DNA of 64,000 bases from Naegleria gruberi (taxonomy: Eukaryota), in assembly GCA_000004985.1 (NCBI GenBank), contig GG738851.1. The stretch is one strand, 5' to 3'. The notes under the pieces were generated by a model. It was not told the origin of the DNA and made no database searches. It saw nothing but the letters and a program-made list of their open reading frames with translations. Shown piece by piece: positions 44,220 to 55,499 of this stretch. Numbering within the stretch: position 1 is the stretch's first letter; each line of letters begins with the position of its first letter. The translations under genes were made by a program, and so were the position numbers.

Positions 44220-44704
44220 ATGGATTGTTATGGTGTAACCGTACCAATCACAAGCCTGTCTCCAACCTTTGAAATGCTATCATTGAAACTCAGATCGCGA
44301 TCCAACAAAATTATCAATGAGTTGTATACAATGACTATAATTGACATAATTGCACTCTCCTTCTGGAGAAACTCTCTCTTGTCTTATTATCAGCAAAGAC
44401 TCCTCTACTTTAATCTCCACCACTCAATTATAGGATAGAATTTGATGGTCAACCCATAATGGAATTCTGAATCCAAATCCATTGTTAAATCATCAAACTT
44501 TTGAAGAATATTTTGCAAAGTTTAACAACAGTTTACATTTTAGAAAAGAGAAGTGTACCTCCAAATATTTGGCGTAGTGAAGATTTCCAAAAGAACAACA
44601 CTCAAACGCTGAACCGAAACTTATTGTTGGTTGTAGACCTCGTCTCTCAGGTCTTTACGATACAAGAGACGTTAATAAATATTACAATTTATATGTTAAA
44701 CTAG

Positions 44705-46534
44705 TTAAATGGATTGTTGATCCCATCCTTGCCCCTCTACATCATCCCAATCTTGTCCCATATATGCAGCAACTTTGTTATGATCATCCATCACTTTATC
44801 GTATTTTTCTTCAAACTCTTTTCCAAATAATTCCTTAATAACTGTTTTATGCGTTTCCGGTAAATATGAAAAGGAAGTCAGACTATCAACATTGAAAGAA
44901 TCCAATATTTCTTGCTTTCCAAATAATTCAATTAATAATTGATACCATTTTCTTGAATCAAAACTCTCTCTATAAACTCCACCACCTTAGAGAACAAATT
45001 TGTTTGTTCGCTAATCAAAATATTTTAAATACTTACCTTCCATTATTTCAGTGCCAATATTGGTTTCATAGCCATTAAGCTTAAAATCAATTGTCAGATA
45101 TAGGGTTCGAAGAAAATTAATGATTGTATCTGATGGTTCATCAATGCATATAACGCAATACATAAGAAACGAGTTGTGCATACTAATTGCTTCTCTGATT
45201 CGTTCCATCGCCACAGGAGTGAGATATCGTTCTAAAAGTTCATTACTTTCCAATTTCACAATATAATGATAAATAGATGTATCAGAGAAAATACATTTGA
45301 GTGTTGTGAAATACTCTTCGTGTAACTTCATGCAACGATCTAGAATTGCAACAACCCTTTCAAATTTTTCTTCTCCTATTACATCCTCTCTTCTGGGGAT
45401 GCAATATTGGCGATATTTTACGCATTGACTCAATGTGATTATAATACTGTCAATTAAATTAATGTTGGCTTTCGGCTCACCACGAATAGCTTTCTTCTTG
45501 TACATGAACAAGTTCTTTTCTTGGTATTCTTTGAAAATCTTACTCCCTAATCTTGGTATAATTTCTAATATTTTCTCGATAATGTCTAATAAATCATCAA
45601 TAGGTATATTTGATCCCTTTCCATAAATTCTCTCTGGTGCTTTGAGAATTAATAATCGGGATCCTAGCTTATCTCTATAAAATTTCAATTCGTCCAACAA
45701 AAATTCACGATATTGGTATTTCCATAGTATTTTCCATTGAACATTATTTCTTTCTTTGAGTTTCTTCTCCCGTATTTCAATAGATTTCTCCCTTCTGTCC
45801 AAATCCCAAATCTTTGGTTTGTTTGGTTTTCTATTCAATAAATAAAAATTTTCCTTGATAATTTCACTAATTACTTGTCCATTTGAAAGCTTATCGATAT
45901 GAGTACATGCCTTGATAGATTTCTTCAATGCCCCATCAATTTCAATCTTAAATTCCTCATATAAGTGTGGAAAATAGTTTAAACTAAACTCTATCAATCG
46001 TTTCAGTTTCTTTCTGAGCTTGGCCATTGACTGTCCACACGGTTCTGCATTCACTCTCGAATAAGAATGTACCTTTCTTGGACCGGTTTCCATGTCCATA
46101 TCTGTAGCCGTAGGATATGCATACGCAGTACCATTATTATTATTGCCCTTTCTACTATACAATTCGTAATCATGATTATTCCTCGCTTCATCAAAATCAC
46201 CCACCGAATACATAAAGAATCGTCTTGCCATTATTCTCTCGATTGTCTTTCCAATAAATTCCCTCGCCAAACATTGACACAGAATTTTGTAGAATAAACC
46301 TCCTGTTCCATCCCCATCATATTTGTTCGTTCTATGATTATGATTATTGTCGTGTTGTAGAATTTGGTGATCAGCAAATTCTTCATCGACTACAAAGTCG
46401 TGATGATCAAGAAAATAACGAAGGAAAGGCTTGGAGAGGAGAAAAAGTTGTGAATTTACCAAATCATCAATTGGAATAAATGATGAAATTTCAAACCAAA
46501 TTTCGGTAGGAAGTTGCATCAATTGGTGGACCAT
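44705..46534 (-). CDS. F-box-like protein, ~570 aa. It has two exons, 46534..45037 and 44986..44705, separated by a 50-bp GTAAGT..AAG intron that replaces the apparent stop at 45011.
   Basis: The N-terminus is MVHQLMQLPTEIWFEISSFIPIDDLVNSQLFLLSKPF. The donor ATGGAAG|GTAAGT joins in phase 1 to ..CTAAG|GTGGTGGA, reading ..IMEGGGVYRESFDSRKWYQLLIELFGKQEILDSFNVDSL... This makes the 66-aa ORF at 44705-44905 the terminal exon. Confidence 0.55.
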
Positions 46535-46625
46535 TTTTTTTTTACAAAATATTTAAATATTTAATATTAATTTAATAGTAAGAAACCTAACATAATCACT
46601 TTTTTTGATTTAATTGAATTAATTT

Positions 46626-47519
46626 TTATTGTACATTGTTGGAGGTGTAGTATTTTGAATCGTATTCTGCAAAATATTTCGGAAGAGGCTTCTTACTTGT
46701 TGGAATATTCAGAAAGTTACTGTATGCCTTTAACAAAGGGTCTTTGTTCTTAACTGCTGCTGATTCACGTCTACTTTGGAAGTATTTGTTATATATGACT
46801 AATTGATCAATAATTGATGTTTTGAATTCTGGTTTTCGTATCTCACTATTAGAATTGATATTCATCTTTAGTAATTCAAAAAATACAAATGCAAATACTT
46901 GTCCAGAATCTTTCTGACCAAGTTTTTCCCTTTGTTGAGGAGTTAAGGTAAATGTTTTACCATTTAATTCAATGGAAAAGCTTTCTTCATTGTTGAGTGC
47001 TTTTGAATGAAATTCTTCTGGAATGCGATCATTTCCAACCAATTGACAAGTTTCCATAATAGCATATTCTGGTTTTACATATTTGGAGGAGTGGGAAACA
47101 ATATCGTTAAATATTTGACTGAGATATTTGGACTTTTGATTTGATTCTACAGTTTTAAAGTCAAGTTTCATTTTCAAGTCTTCTATTTCCTTGCTTTTCT
47201 TGGCTGATTCGGAAGCAAAATAGTTTTGCATACGATTGGATTCTGCTAATTTCTGCTGGAGTTCTGCAATTTCTTTCTTCAAAAGATCAACATTCTCTTT
47301 AGATGATGTTGAATAATTGTCATCAATAGGAGAAATTTCGGAATCATGGATTTGTCTTTTTCTTTTGTTATTGGTATGAGTGGTTGAAGTAGAATCAGGC
47401 ATTTGAAAGGTTGGTGATTGGTTCCCATTACTTACAAATTTTAAACCAGAAATCCTTTCAAAATCTGTTGCAAATTTTGCAAAAGCGTGTTTGACCATTT
47501 TTTTGGTTTGGAAAATCAA
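46626..47519 (-). CDS. Hypothetical protein with a central coiled coil (297 aa)
   Basis: An ORF containing KEIAELQQKLAESNRMQNYFASESAKKSKEIEDLKMKLD. Confidence 0.45.
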   Translation of the reverse strand: MIFQTKKMVKHAFAKFATDFERISGLKFVSNGNQSPTFQMPDSTSTTHTNNKRKRQIHDSEISPIDDNYSTSSKENVDLLKKEIAELQQKLAESNRMQNYFASESAKKSKEIEDLKMKLDFKTVESNQKSKYLSQIFNDIVSHSSKYVKPEYAIMETCQLVGNDRIPEEFHSKALNNEESFSIELNGKTFTLTPQQREKLGQKDSGQVFAFVFFELLKMNINSNSEIRKPEFKTSIIDQLVIYNKYFQSRRESAAVKNKDPLLKAYSNFLNIPTSKKPLPKYFAEYDSKYYTSNNVQ

Positions 47520-47685
47520 ATGTTTTACAACAATCTATAAAAAGATCATATGTGTTTTAAATAAATTGAACAACAATTTTCTATTTTTCAACATGGAAAA
47601 TAGCAATGTAACTTGAATCAAAGTCAAGCAACAGTTCTTCTGAAGAAGAAAGATAAGCATGATAGTTAAGAATTTGTAAAAAAAA

Positions 47686-48063
47686 ATGGCAACAATAGAA
47701 GCTTCATCATCTTCAACATCCGAACAACAACAAAAATTTGATCTCCAATCAGATATAATTCTCTTCGATTGCATGTCCTCAGTCGTTCCAATCTCCCACT
47801 ACAAAGCCTTCTCCATGTTGAATATGCATGTCGTTTTGAAACAAGAGGCTAATGTTACTCTTCCAATTGATGATATCGAAAGACGTGTTGGTACATTCTA
47901 TGATTTGAAGGTTTTGGGAGAGGCTAAGGATGTTCCTCCCATCATACAAAGTAGAAAGATTGAATACTTTAAATTACCAGCAGATATTATTGGACAGTTT
48001 GAAGCAAAGGAGGAAGGAACAAGTGGAAAGGCTGAAAAACAAAAGAAGAAGAAGAAAAAGTAG
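47686..48063 (+). CDS. Small hypothetical protein (125 aa) with a poly-Lys C-terminus
   Basis: An ORF with an ATG start in a gene-dense context. Confidence 0.35.
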   Translation: MATIEASSSSTSEQQQKFDLQSDIILFDCMSSVVPISHYKAFSMLNMHVVLKQEANVTLPIDDIERRVGTFYDLKVLGEAKDVPPIIQSRKIEYFKLPADIIGQFEAKEEGTSGKAEKQKKKKKK

Positions 48064-49049
48064 AATTTCTTCTTGAAGAATTATTTGGTGATGGTTTTTA
48101 GGCTTTGATGATGAGCAAAATTTAATATTTAATTAATTTGATCATGATGGTGATTATATTGTAATAGTATTAATATTAATATATGATGGAGGAGAAAATT
48201 TTGATATTTTGGTGCTAGGAATAATATTTAGTTTTTATTTACATATCCATAGGATAGAATGTAAATAAATTATCATGATATTTACCGAATTGATGATGAA
48301 AATTGTTTTCGATTTATTTGGCCCGAAAACTTAAGCGCGGATGACTGTGGAAACAATAATTGGATGAGTGGAATCATTAATCTTCATCTCTTTCAAATCT
48401 TCTGGATAATCCAACAATATATCTATATACTCTGGAATTCTTCTTCAACCAAAAATAGAGCACTAGGTGATTAATTGGAATTAGTAAAAAGACAAGACTA
48501 ATAACTCCAAATTGTGTATAAGTAAAAGGTAATACTGAATCAAAAGCGGTGAGACCATTGGTAAGCATGCCCTTAATGCATTCATTTGACAATTCGGAAG
48601 AAAGTACTAGTGTGAACGAAAGTGAAATTATTCCAGAAACTATTCTACACAAGGTCAAGCCACTAGAAATGATAAATAACAAATAGTAATCCTCTTCCAA
48701 TCTGGTCCACAAAGATCTTTCCTTGATTTTGTAATTTGAAGTTGGTAGTTGTCGTTGGTGAAGAGACATTTTTTGAAGATTGTTATTAGAATGTATTAGA
48801 TTCGATTTCTTTGATATGCAAATAGTGCATTTGTGTTGATGTTTCGGTATGTACAAATTGTTTAATTATTACTTTCAAAAGTACTTTGTAGGTTGGTGTG
48901 AGTTCCAGAATTCACTAGAAAACAAATGTTTCTGTTCTGCCTATTCTAACAAGTGCGCTAGTTTTGTTTGCAAGCTTTTTTCAGCAACAAAAAAAACGCG
49001 ATAGAACACTTCCAGTTAACAAGAACAAGAACAACATAACCCTAACGTA

Positions 49050-49514
49050 ATGCCACCATCATCAAAACAATCATCATCATCGCCATCAGTAGGAAAGAAA
49101 ATCAAGTATTTTCCTCGTGTTGAAAAGGCAGAGCAATTAATCACCAAAGGACATATGGCCCAATTCGGTGCCCTCGTTGGAATGAAAATGAGAGAAGAAT
49201 TAAGAGAACAAATCCGTGAGTACGAATTCGATGTAATTCGAAGACTAATGAAAAAGTCCATTTTGCTGGTAGCCGTAGATGAGGTTGGAAAATCAACAAC
49301 TTCTAATGGCATTTGGAACGTCGATGGCAATACTATGAGAATGTCATTTAGATCAGAATTGTCATACAAGTTGATGGGTGTGTCAAGTAATGACCAAGAG
49401 GATGAAGATTATCACGATGAAGAGGAAGAAGAATCTGAAGTAATAATAGTGAGTGATGATGAAGATTTTGAAAATTATGTTGATGAAGAAGAAATTGAAG
49501 AGGAGGATGAATAA
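49050..49514 (+). CDS. Small acidic protein (154 aa) with a poly-Glu/Asp C-terminus
   Basis: An ORF with an ATG start. Confidence 0.4.
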   Translation: MPPSSKQSSSSPSVGKKIKYFPRVEKAEQLITKGHMAQFGALVGMKMREELREQIREYEFDVIRRLMKKSILLVAVDEVGKSTTSNGIWNVDGNTMRMSFRSELSYKLMGVSSNDQEDEDYHDEEEEESEVIIVSDDEDFENYVDEEEIEEEDE

Positions 49515-49862
49515 TTTTCTTCTTCTTATCAACATTTTAATCTTAATACTCTTGTAAATATTAATAAATTTATTGTATTATATATATTAAATATGGTAAT
49601 TTGCCTACAATATCAAGTTGACTATTCGCTTACAAAATATGGCTATTGAACACCTTTTTTATGCTAACAGCCAGCTTCACTGTGTTGTTTCATGTTCATC
49701 CGTTGATGAACTTACGTTAAAAAAGTTTCCCGCCAACAAACTACAAGTTCTAAAAACAACAAACTTTAAAAAAACAAACACAACCCTTACCGTAGTTGTT
49801 TTTTCTTTTGAAACATTTTCAGCCGTTTAAATTGAATATTTATTTATACAAATAGTATCATC

Positions 49863-50323
49863 ATGAGATCTGCCGGAGTTGTATGTACTGTTTAATTAGT
49901 TGTAATTCCGTTATTAATTATCATCATCCTTAATATTTTCATCATTGTGGTCATGATACAATTATACAATGAATTTTATCATAAAAAAACCATATCAACA
50001 ACCAATAGGCCTATCTTTTATGGTTATTATGCTGTGTTGGCTTTTGTGGTATTCATAGATTTTATCTGGATTCACTCATTCTCGGAATTGTTAGTTTCTT
50101 AACGTGTGGTATCTTTGGTATTTTGCAGCTAATTGATTTGATTTTGATTCCTGGCATGGTTGATGTATGCAATGCCAAATTTATGCAAAAGACAACAACT
50201 GTTGTTGTTCAACCAGTGCAAACACAAGCAGGTGTAGTTGTTGTACAAAATGCTCAACAACAACAATTCCATTCATCTACTCAACAAGTTGTTACAACAA
50301 CCACAACCACTACCACCAACTAA
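49863..50323 (+). CDS. TM2-domain membrane protein. It has two exons, 49863..49880 and 50009..50323, separated by a 128-bp GTATGT..TAG intron. It is not in the ORF track because exon 1 is only 6 codons.
   Basis: The spliced product is MRSAGV|AYLLWLLCCVGFCGIHRFYLDSLILGIVSFLTCGIFGILQLIDLILIPGMVD..., matching the TM2 consensus (fLG.hRFYLG....G...l.T.GG.giw.liD.i). The C-terminus is T/Q/V-rich. Confidence 0.55.
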
Positions 50324-50560
50324 TTTTTGTACAAATCAAGATTCCAATCCAAAATAAAAAAGAATTATTTCAGAAATTGGACATTTTAGATTTCCCATTA
50401 AAGAGATTCTACATTTTAAGGATTTGAGTCAGACCAATTTAAACGAATCAAAGTGAAACTATACCGAATCAAAAACAATCAAAAACAAATTGATATCATT
50501 CAATCAGCTACCTTTCCAATCAAACTAACCAACTAACTGTCAAATAACCTGTTCGAAACC

Positions 50561-50911
50561 ATGAAAAAGATACTCTTCATTGTTCTGGTTTGCATTCTGG
50601 CTGCCCTATTCTTCAATGCTGATAAAGCTGATGGACAATTAGTGTACAGCTACCGTTATGCATATAGTTACCCTTACTCCTATGGTTACTCGTATCCATA
50701 CTCATATGGCTATTCCTACCCATATAGTTACGGATACTCATATCCATACAGCTATGGTTACTCATATCCATATAGCTATGCTTATTCCTATAGTTATCCT
50801 TACTCATACGGTGGTTATGGTTATCCTTACTCATATGGTGGTTATGGCTACCCTTACTCCTATGGTTACAGTTATCCTTATTCTTATGCTTATTCATACC
50901 GTTATTGGTAA
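50561..50911 (+). CDS. Secreted tyrosine-rich tandem-repeat protein: a signal peptide followed by about 11 repeats of (G/A)YSYPYSY
   Basis: The translation is MKKILFIVLVCILAALFFNADKADG + YSYRYAYSYPYSYGYSYPYSYGYSYPYSYG.... The underlying 24-nt DNA repeats differ at synonymous positions. Confidence 0.7.
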   Translation: MKKILFIVLVCILAALFFNADKADGQLVYSYRYAYSYPYSYGYSYPYSYGYSYPYSYGYSYPYSYGYSYPYSYAYSYSYPYSYGGYGYPYSYGGYGYPYSYGYSYPYSYAYSYRYW

Positions 50912-51540
50912 AGAAACCAATCAATGTAATTTTTTCGAAACTCTTAGTGAGACCTTGTGAGACCATCATATACCAATAAAAAAAATTAATTTGTGTGAAA
51001 CAACAATCGCTTCATTTTCAATTATTGGACTAAACATGGACCGTCCAATATGAAGTCGACATTCTGTCAAAATTATGCAAAGATAAAAGTGGACCAAATT
51101 GTGATATCAAGGCATTTTCCATATATCAATCGAAACCGATCATTTTCTATTCTGTTACGTTGTGATTACAGTAAAATGCAAAGCTCTATTTTAGATAGGA
51201 TAAACCTTTCAAATTTCCTATGGTGGTCTTGTCTTTCTTGTGAATGGAACAACAAAATTCATCGTTGCATTCAGGGGTTTATTCACAACAACGTTGAACA
51301 CTAGTTTTGGCAAAATGAAAATTTGTGGATTAGGAAGGAAATATTTCCAACTTTTGAATTGGAAAAGATAACCAACTAGATTGAGAATTTTGTAAAGATA
51401 ACACTTCCAATTCAATAACTCCCTTCATGGAAAATGAATTCAATAATTCAATTCCCCAACCTGATCATTTTCCATTTTTAGAAAATATTCAAATAGATTT
51501 TTCCAAAAACGAAACTTAACATTATTCGAAAAAAAATCAA

Positions 51541-52692
51541 ATGAAACAAAAACTACCTTCCAACATTAAAGTACTCATACTTTCTCTCCTTCTGGTCCTA
51601 CTACTCTACTGTAATCTTTCACATTCGGCCAGTTTACGTGGAGAATCTAGTACGAATCCAACCGATTCAAATCCGAAATCACCATTAGCTCCAGTTCAAG
51701 GTGGCGCCTACATTATCAGTAGCCAACAACCATCCACAGCCACACAGCAACAACCTACTCAAGGATCTGTCACTCAACAAACTCAAATCGATCCAAATTC
51801 TCAAAACCAAGTCGTGTCCACAACCTCGTATCCAGCATCTGCAAATCCAACTTCGATTACGGTTATTTATCCGAGTGGAGCTACTCCTAGTAGTCAAAAT
51901 CCAGTAATTCCTAGTCAACCTACTCAGACACAACCTACACAACCTACTCAGACGCAACCAACACAACCAAGTCAACCATTGCCACAGCCACAGCCACAAC
52001 CAATTCCAAATCAAAATCAACAACAATCATATCCACAATATTCACAACAAAGTACCTATAGTCAATATACAACTGGTCAACCACAACAACAGCAACAACA
52101 ACCTTATTATGGAAATAATCAACAACAACAACCTGTCTATTCACAACAACCAGTTTATAGTCAACCACAACAACAACAACAACCTTATTATGGAAATACT
52201 CAATATGCTCCACAACAATCTTATCCTCAAAATCAATATGTCCAACAGCAACCAGTGTATAGCCAACCAGTCCAACAACAACAACAACCTTATTATACTT
52301 CATCACCTCAATATGCTCCTGTCCAGAGTGGTCAACCAGCTTATTATCCACAAACACAACAGCCATACTATGGAAACACTCAATATGTCCAACAACAGCC
52401 TCAATATGTTCCACAAACTCAATATGTCCAACAACCTTACAATGGTGGTGCTCAATATTATTATCCACAACAATCTTATCCTCAAACTCAATATGTCCAA
52501 CAACCATACTATGGAACAACTGGTTATGCTGCACAACCATATGTATCGGGTGGATATCCTGCAACCACAGCTGTTGCGCCTGGCTATGGCTATGCTGCTC
52601 CTGCTGCAACTGCTGGATATGGTTATGCAGCTCCTGCAGTTGCCTATCAACCACAAGCTGTTTATTCTTCCTATCCTGCTTATTACTATTAG
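51541..52692 (+). CDS. Secreted Gln/Pro/Thr/Tyr-rich low-complexity protein (383 aa) with QQPYYGNTQYVQQQP-type repeats and a C-terminal GYGYAAPA repeat
   Basis: The signal peptide is MKQKLPSNIKVLILSLLLVLLLYCNLSHSA. The repeats are PTQ(T/P)QPTQPTQ, Q-rich and Y-rich. Overlapping ORFs on both strands are repeat artefacts. Confidence 0.65.
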   Translation: MKQKLPSNIKVLILSLLLVLLLYCNLSHSASLRGESSTNPTDSNPKSPLAPVQGGAYIISSQQPSTATQQQPTQGSVTQQTQIDPNSQNQVVSTTSYPASANPTSITVIYPSGATPSSQNPVIPSQPTQTQPTQPTQTQPTQPSQPLPQPQPQPIPNQNQQQSYPQYSQQSTYSQYTTGQPQQQQQQPYYGNNQQQQPVYSQQPVYSQPQQQQQPYYGNTQYAPQQSYPQNQYVQQQPVYSQPVQQQQQPYYTSSPQYAPVQSGQPAYYPQTQQPYYGNTQYVQQQPQYVPQTQYVQQPYNGGAQYYYPQQSYPQTQYVQQPYYGTTGYAAQPYVSGGYPATTAVAPGYGYAAPAATAGYGYAAPAVAYQPQAVYSSYPAYYY

Positions 52693-52795
52693 ACAATGAT
52701 TTGAAAAAATGTAAATTAGATTTGAAATTGTAAAATTGTACAGAGAGAAGTGAAATTCAATGGATTTTGTGTGAGAAATAAAAAGAGTTTGTTTT

Positions 52796-54712
52796 TTATT
52801 CCTTCAATTCAATTTCATTCCTATGTTCCTCTTCAAGGATTGGTGTTTCATTGTGATGAATGGTTGTTGGTTCGGCTGCTGCATCAAAGTGAAGTTCATG
52901 AGCTGGTTCAATTTGATCATGAATTGGAACTGGTTGACCATTTCCTGTATCCTGAGCACGAGACAATCTAACACAGAAAATCATGAATGAAGATAGTACT
53001 TGGAGTGATGCACCAAGAGCGTACAATAACAGGTAGCCCATTCCAACAACATCTGGTGCAATAGCATCACCAATTAAAATGATCAATCCTCCCAAAGGTA
53101 CACCCAATAATTCAGGAACTGTACCAGAAATATTCCACAAGGCCAAATCCTTTCCAGAATCATCTTTGGTAATCAGAACTGAATTTACAAGTGACAAGTC
53201 CACACTAATAAATGATCCAATACCCAAACCATAGAGAATGGAGCAACACAGAATCATTACACTGTAAGATCTGAAAATGATTAAAATAATACTGGCAATA
53301 CCACAGCCCAAGGCACCAGCACTGTACACATATCTTCTTCCAATAAGCCCGGCTATTTTTTGTGCAAATAATGCACTAACAAATGTAAAAGCGAAAACAA
53401 TTCCAAGGAATAAACTCAAAGCTTCCTCATTATTGGTTGGGAATTTGTTGGTCAAGATGAAATTATATGGAGTCAAAACTTCTTGAATAAAATAGAAAAA
53501 GTAATTTCTGGCAGCAGCATTTGTCAATTGAATAGTGAAACGAGTAATAAAAACCCAAGTAAAATTCCTATTCTTGAATGGAACCAAAAATGCAAGAGCA
53601 TAATTGAGGGCTCTCTTGTAGAATCGTGGTTTTGGTGCTTCTTGTGCAGGTTCTGTAGTGAGTGGAACGTCTTCAAATTCTCCTGGTTTCTTGGCAGCTT
53701 CCTTTTCAATTTGTTTGACCTTTGTCTTTCTAAGCTCTCTATGGAAGAGCATGAGAGGTACACAAACAATTGAACACAGAGCTGCATATCCCAAACATAC
53801 CCAAATCAAATCAACATGACCAATTATCACACCTCCCAAAACAACTCCCAACATGACTCCAATCAAAGTAAAAACACCAACAAGTGCTGAAACCAAATTG
53901 ATTTGTTCTTGTGGGAACAAATCTGTTACCATTGCAGTCACAATAGCTTGTGAAGTGACATATCCACATTTTCCGATACACAGCACAGCTCCATACATGA
54001 CAAATATGAAAACATAATACTGTGGAAACTGTGTATGCATCATTGAACAAATAGATTGCAGAATAATCATCAATGCCCACACCAGAGTAGTAACCACAAC
54101 AATTGGAATACGTGATTTCCTACCAATCCTATCAGAAATATTACCAACTATGGGACTAACAATCACTCCGATAACTGTTGCAATAGAAACAACAATACTC
54201 AAGTAGAGTTCCTTATTTTCTGATCCCAACATTTGAACGACAAGTTTTGGCAATAACAATCCAAGTACAAACGAACTTGTTGAACCACTTCCTATATAAT
54301 ATATAGAATATCCAATTGTTTTGTAGAGTGGTTGTCTTTGTAATCCATCATGATGAAGATTTTGTGGAACTTTCTCATGATGTTGACTATCAATTGTGTT
54401 GTTATCATCATTGTGAGGAGTTGATGGTGTATCTAATCTTGCCAATTCCTCTCCCATTACATCTAACATGGGTTTTGCAATGGTTCTCTCTGGATGTTTA
54501 ATGTCTATTGGTTCCAAGTGAAACGAGGAGGTCATTGGATTGTATTCGGTCAGAATGCCAATGCCTTCATTAGAATGATGGCTATGAGAAGAAACGTGGG
54601 AGGAGAAGGAAGCAGTATGGGCTGATGTAGGTGTTTTCTGTTGTTGTTGTTGTTGTATTGGATGAGAGGCGATATCTTCATTGTGAGGATTCCCTGATGA
54701 TGATAGATTCAT
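52796..54712 (-). CDS. Major facilitator superfamily transporter with a ~170-aa disordered His/Gln/Ser-rich N-terminal extension
   Basis: There are 12 predicted TM helices. The MFS loop 2-3 signature is GNISDRIGRKSRIPIVVVT. A large central loop is present. Confidence 0.7.
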   Translation of the reverse strand: MNLSSSGNPHNEDIASHPIQQQQQQKTPTSAHTASFSSHVSSHSHHSNEGIGILTEYNPMTSSFHLEPIDIKHPERTIAKPMLDVMGEELARLDTPSTPHNDDNNTIDSQHHEKVPQNLHHDGLQRQPLYKTIGYSIYYIGSGSTSSFVLGLLLPKLVVQMLGSENKELYLSIVVSIATVIGVIVSPIVGNISDRIGRKSRIPIVVVTTLVWALMIILQSICSMMHTQFPQYYVFIFVMYGAVLCIGKCGYVTSQAIVTAMVTDLFPQEQINLVSALVGVFTLIGVMLGVVLGGVIIGHVDLIWVCLGYAALCSIVCVPLMLFHRELRKTKVKQIEKEAAKKPGEFEDVPLTTEPAQEAPKPRFYKRALNYALAFLVPFKNRNFTWVFITRFTIQLTNAAARNYFFYFIQEVLTPYNFILTNKFPTNNEEALSLFLGIVFAFTFVSALFAQKIAGLIGRRYVYSAGALGCGIASIILIIFRSYSVMILCCSILYGLGIGSFISVDLSLVNSVLITKDDSGKDLALWNISGTVPELLGVPLGGLIILIGDAIAPDVVGMGYLLLYALGASLQVLSSFMIFCVRLSRAQDTGNGQPVPIHDQIEPAHELHFDAAAEPTTIHHNETPILEEEHRNEIELKE

Positions 54713-55499
54713 TGTATTTGTATTTGTATTATATATAATAGATGATGAAACTTTTTGTATTTACACTGAGAAAATAATTTGAAATTCAATTATCCAATAT
54801 ATAAATCGGTACTATCAGTACTAGTAGTAGTTAAATAAAATCGCAATATAGTCTAATTCTTATTAAATATATAATAATTATATATAATTAATTGTTCTAG
54901 ATGAAAAGATGGTCGGGATCAATGATGATGGTTCCTCCTTTTTTTAAAGCTTTGTCTAGAGAATTAATTCTTCCGTGATGAACCAACAAAATAATGAACA
55001 GCAAGGATCTTGTTGACTTCCAACTGTTATTCAATATTGAATCTTTTTGCTAATTCTTTCGAGAAGATGATTTGAACTCAATATTCTCTCCAACAAGAAT
55101 CCAATTCGATAATTTCTTTTTTACCTCAAAAAATGAAGGAATTAATATCCGCTATGAATCCGCTTTGAACCTCGAAGTGCAAAGTAAGCCTTGGATGAAA
55201 GAGTTTGATGAAGAAGAATAAAATCCAAGCTGCTCAAGGTTGTGTTTTGGTTGGTGTCGCTTCCTCGTAGTGAGCAAAGATCAGAGAGGTGTTATTACTT
55301 ATGTTTGGAGGAAGGAGTAATAGAGAGGGTTACACTGTGATGGTTTGTAACGGAATTTGGAAAGATGTTGGAAGATGAATCAAGACCAAATGAACGAATA
55401 GTTTAATGTCAATCATGTGTAAATGAATATTGTAAAATTTAGTTAAAGATCATCTAATTTAATTAAGGCAGAATTATTCAGATTTTTAATTATTATTAT

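Noticed and set aside
51685-52699. Four ORFs overlapping the Q/P/Y-rich gene (51685-52026 -, 51701-51907 +, 51944-52696 -, 52109-52699 +, 52303-52656 -)
   Set aside because: Low-complexity CAA/CAG/CCA/TAT repeats keep several frames open. Only the + frame from 51541 has a signal peptide and a coherent repeat structure.
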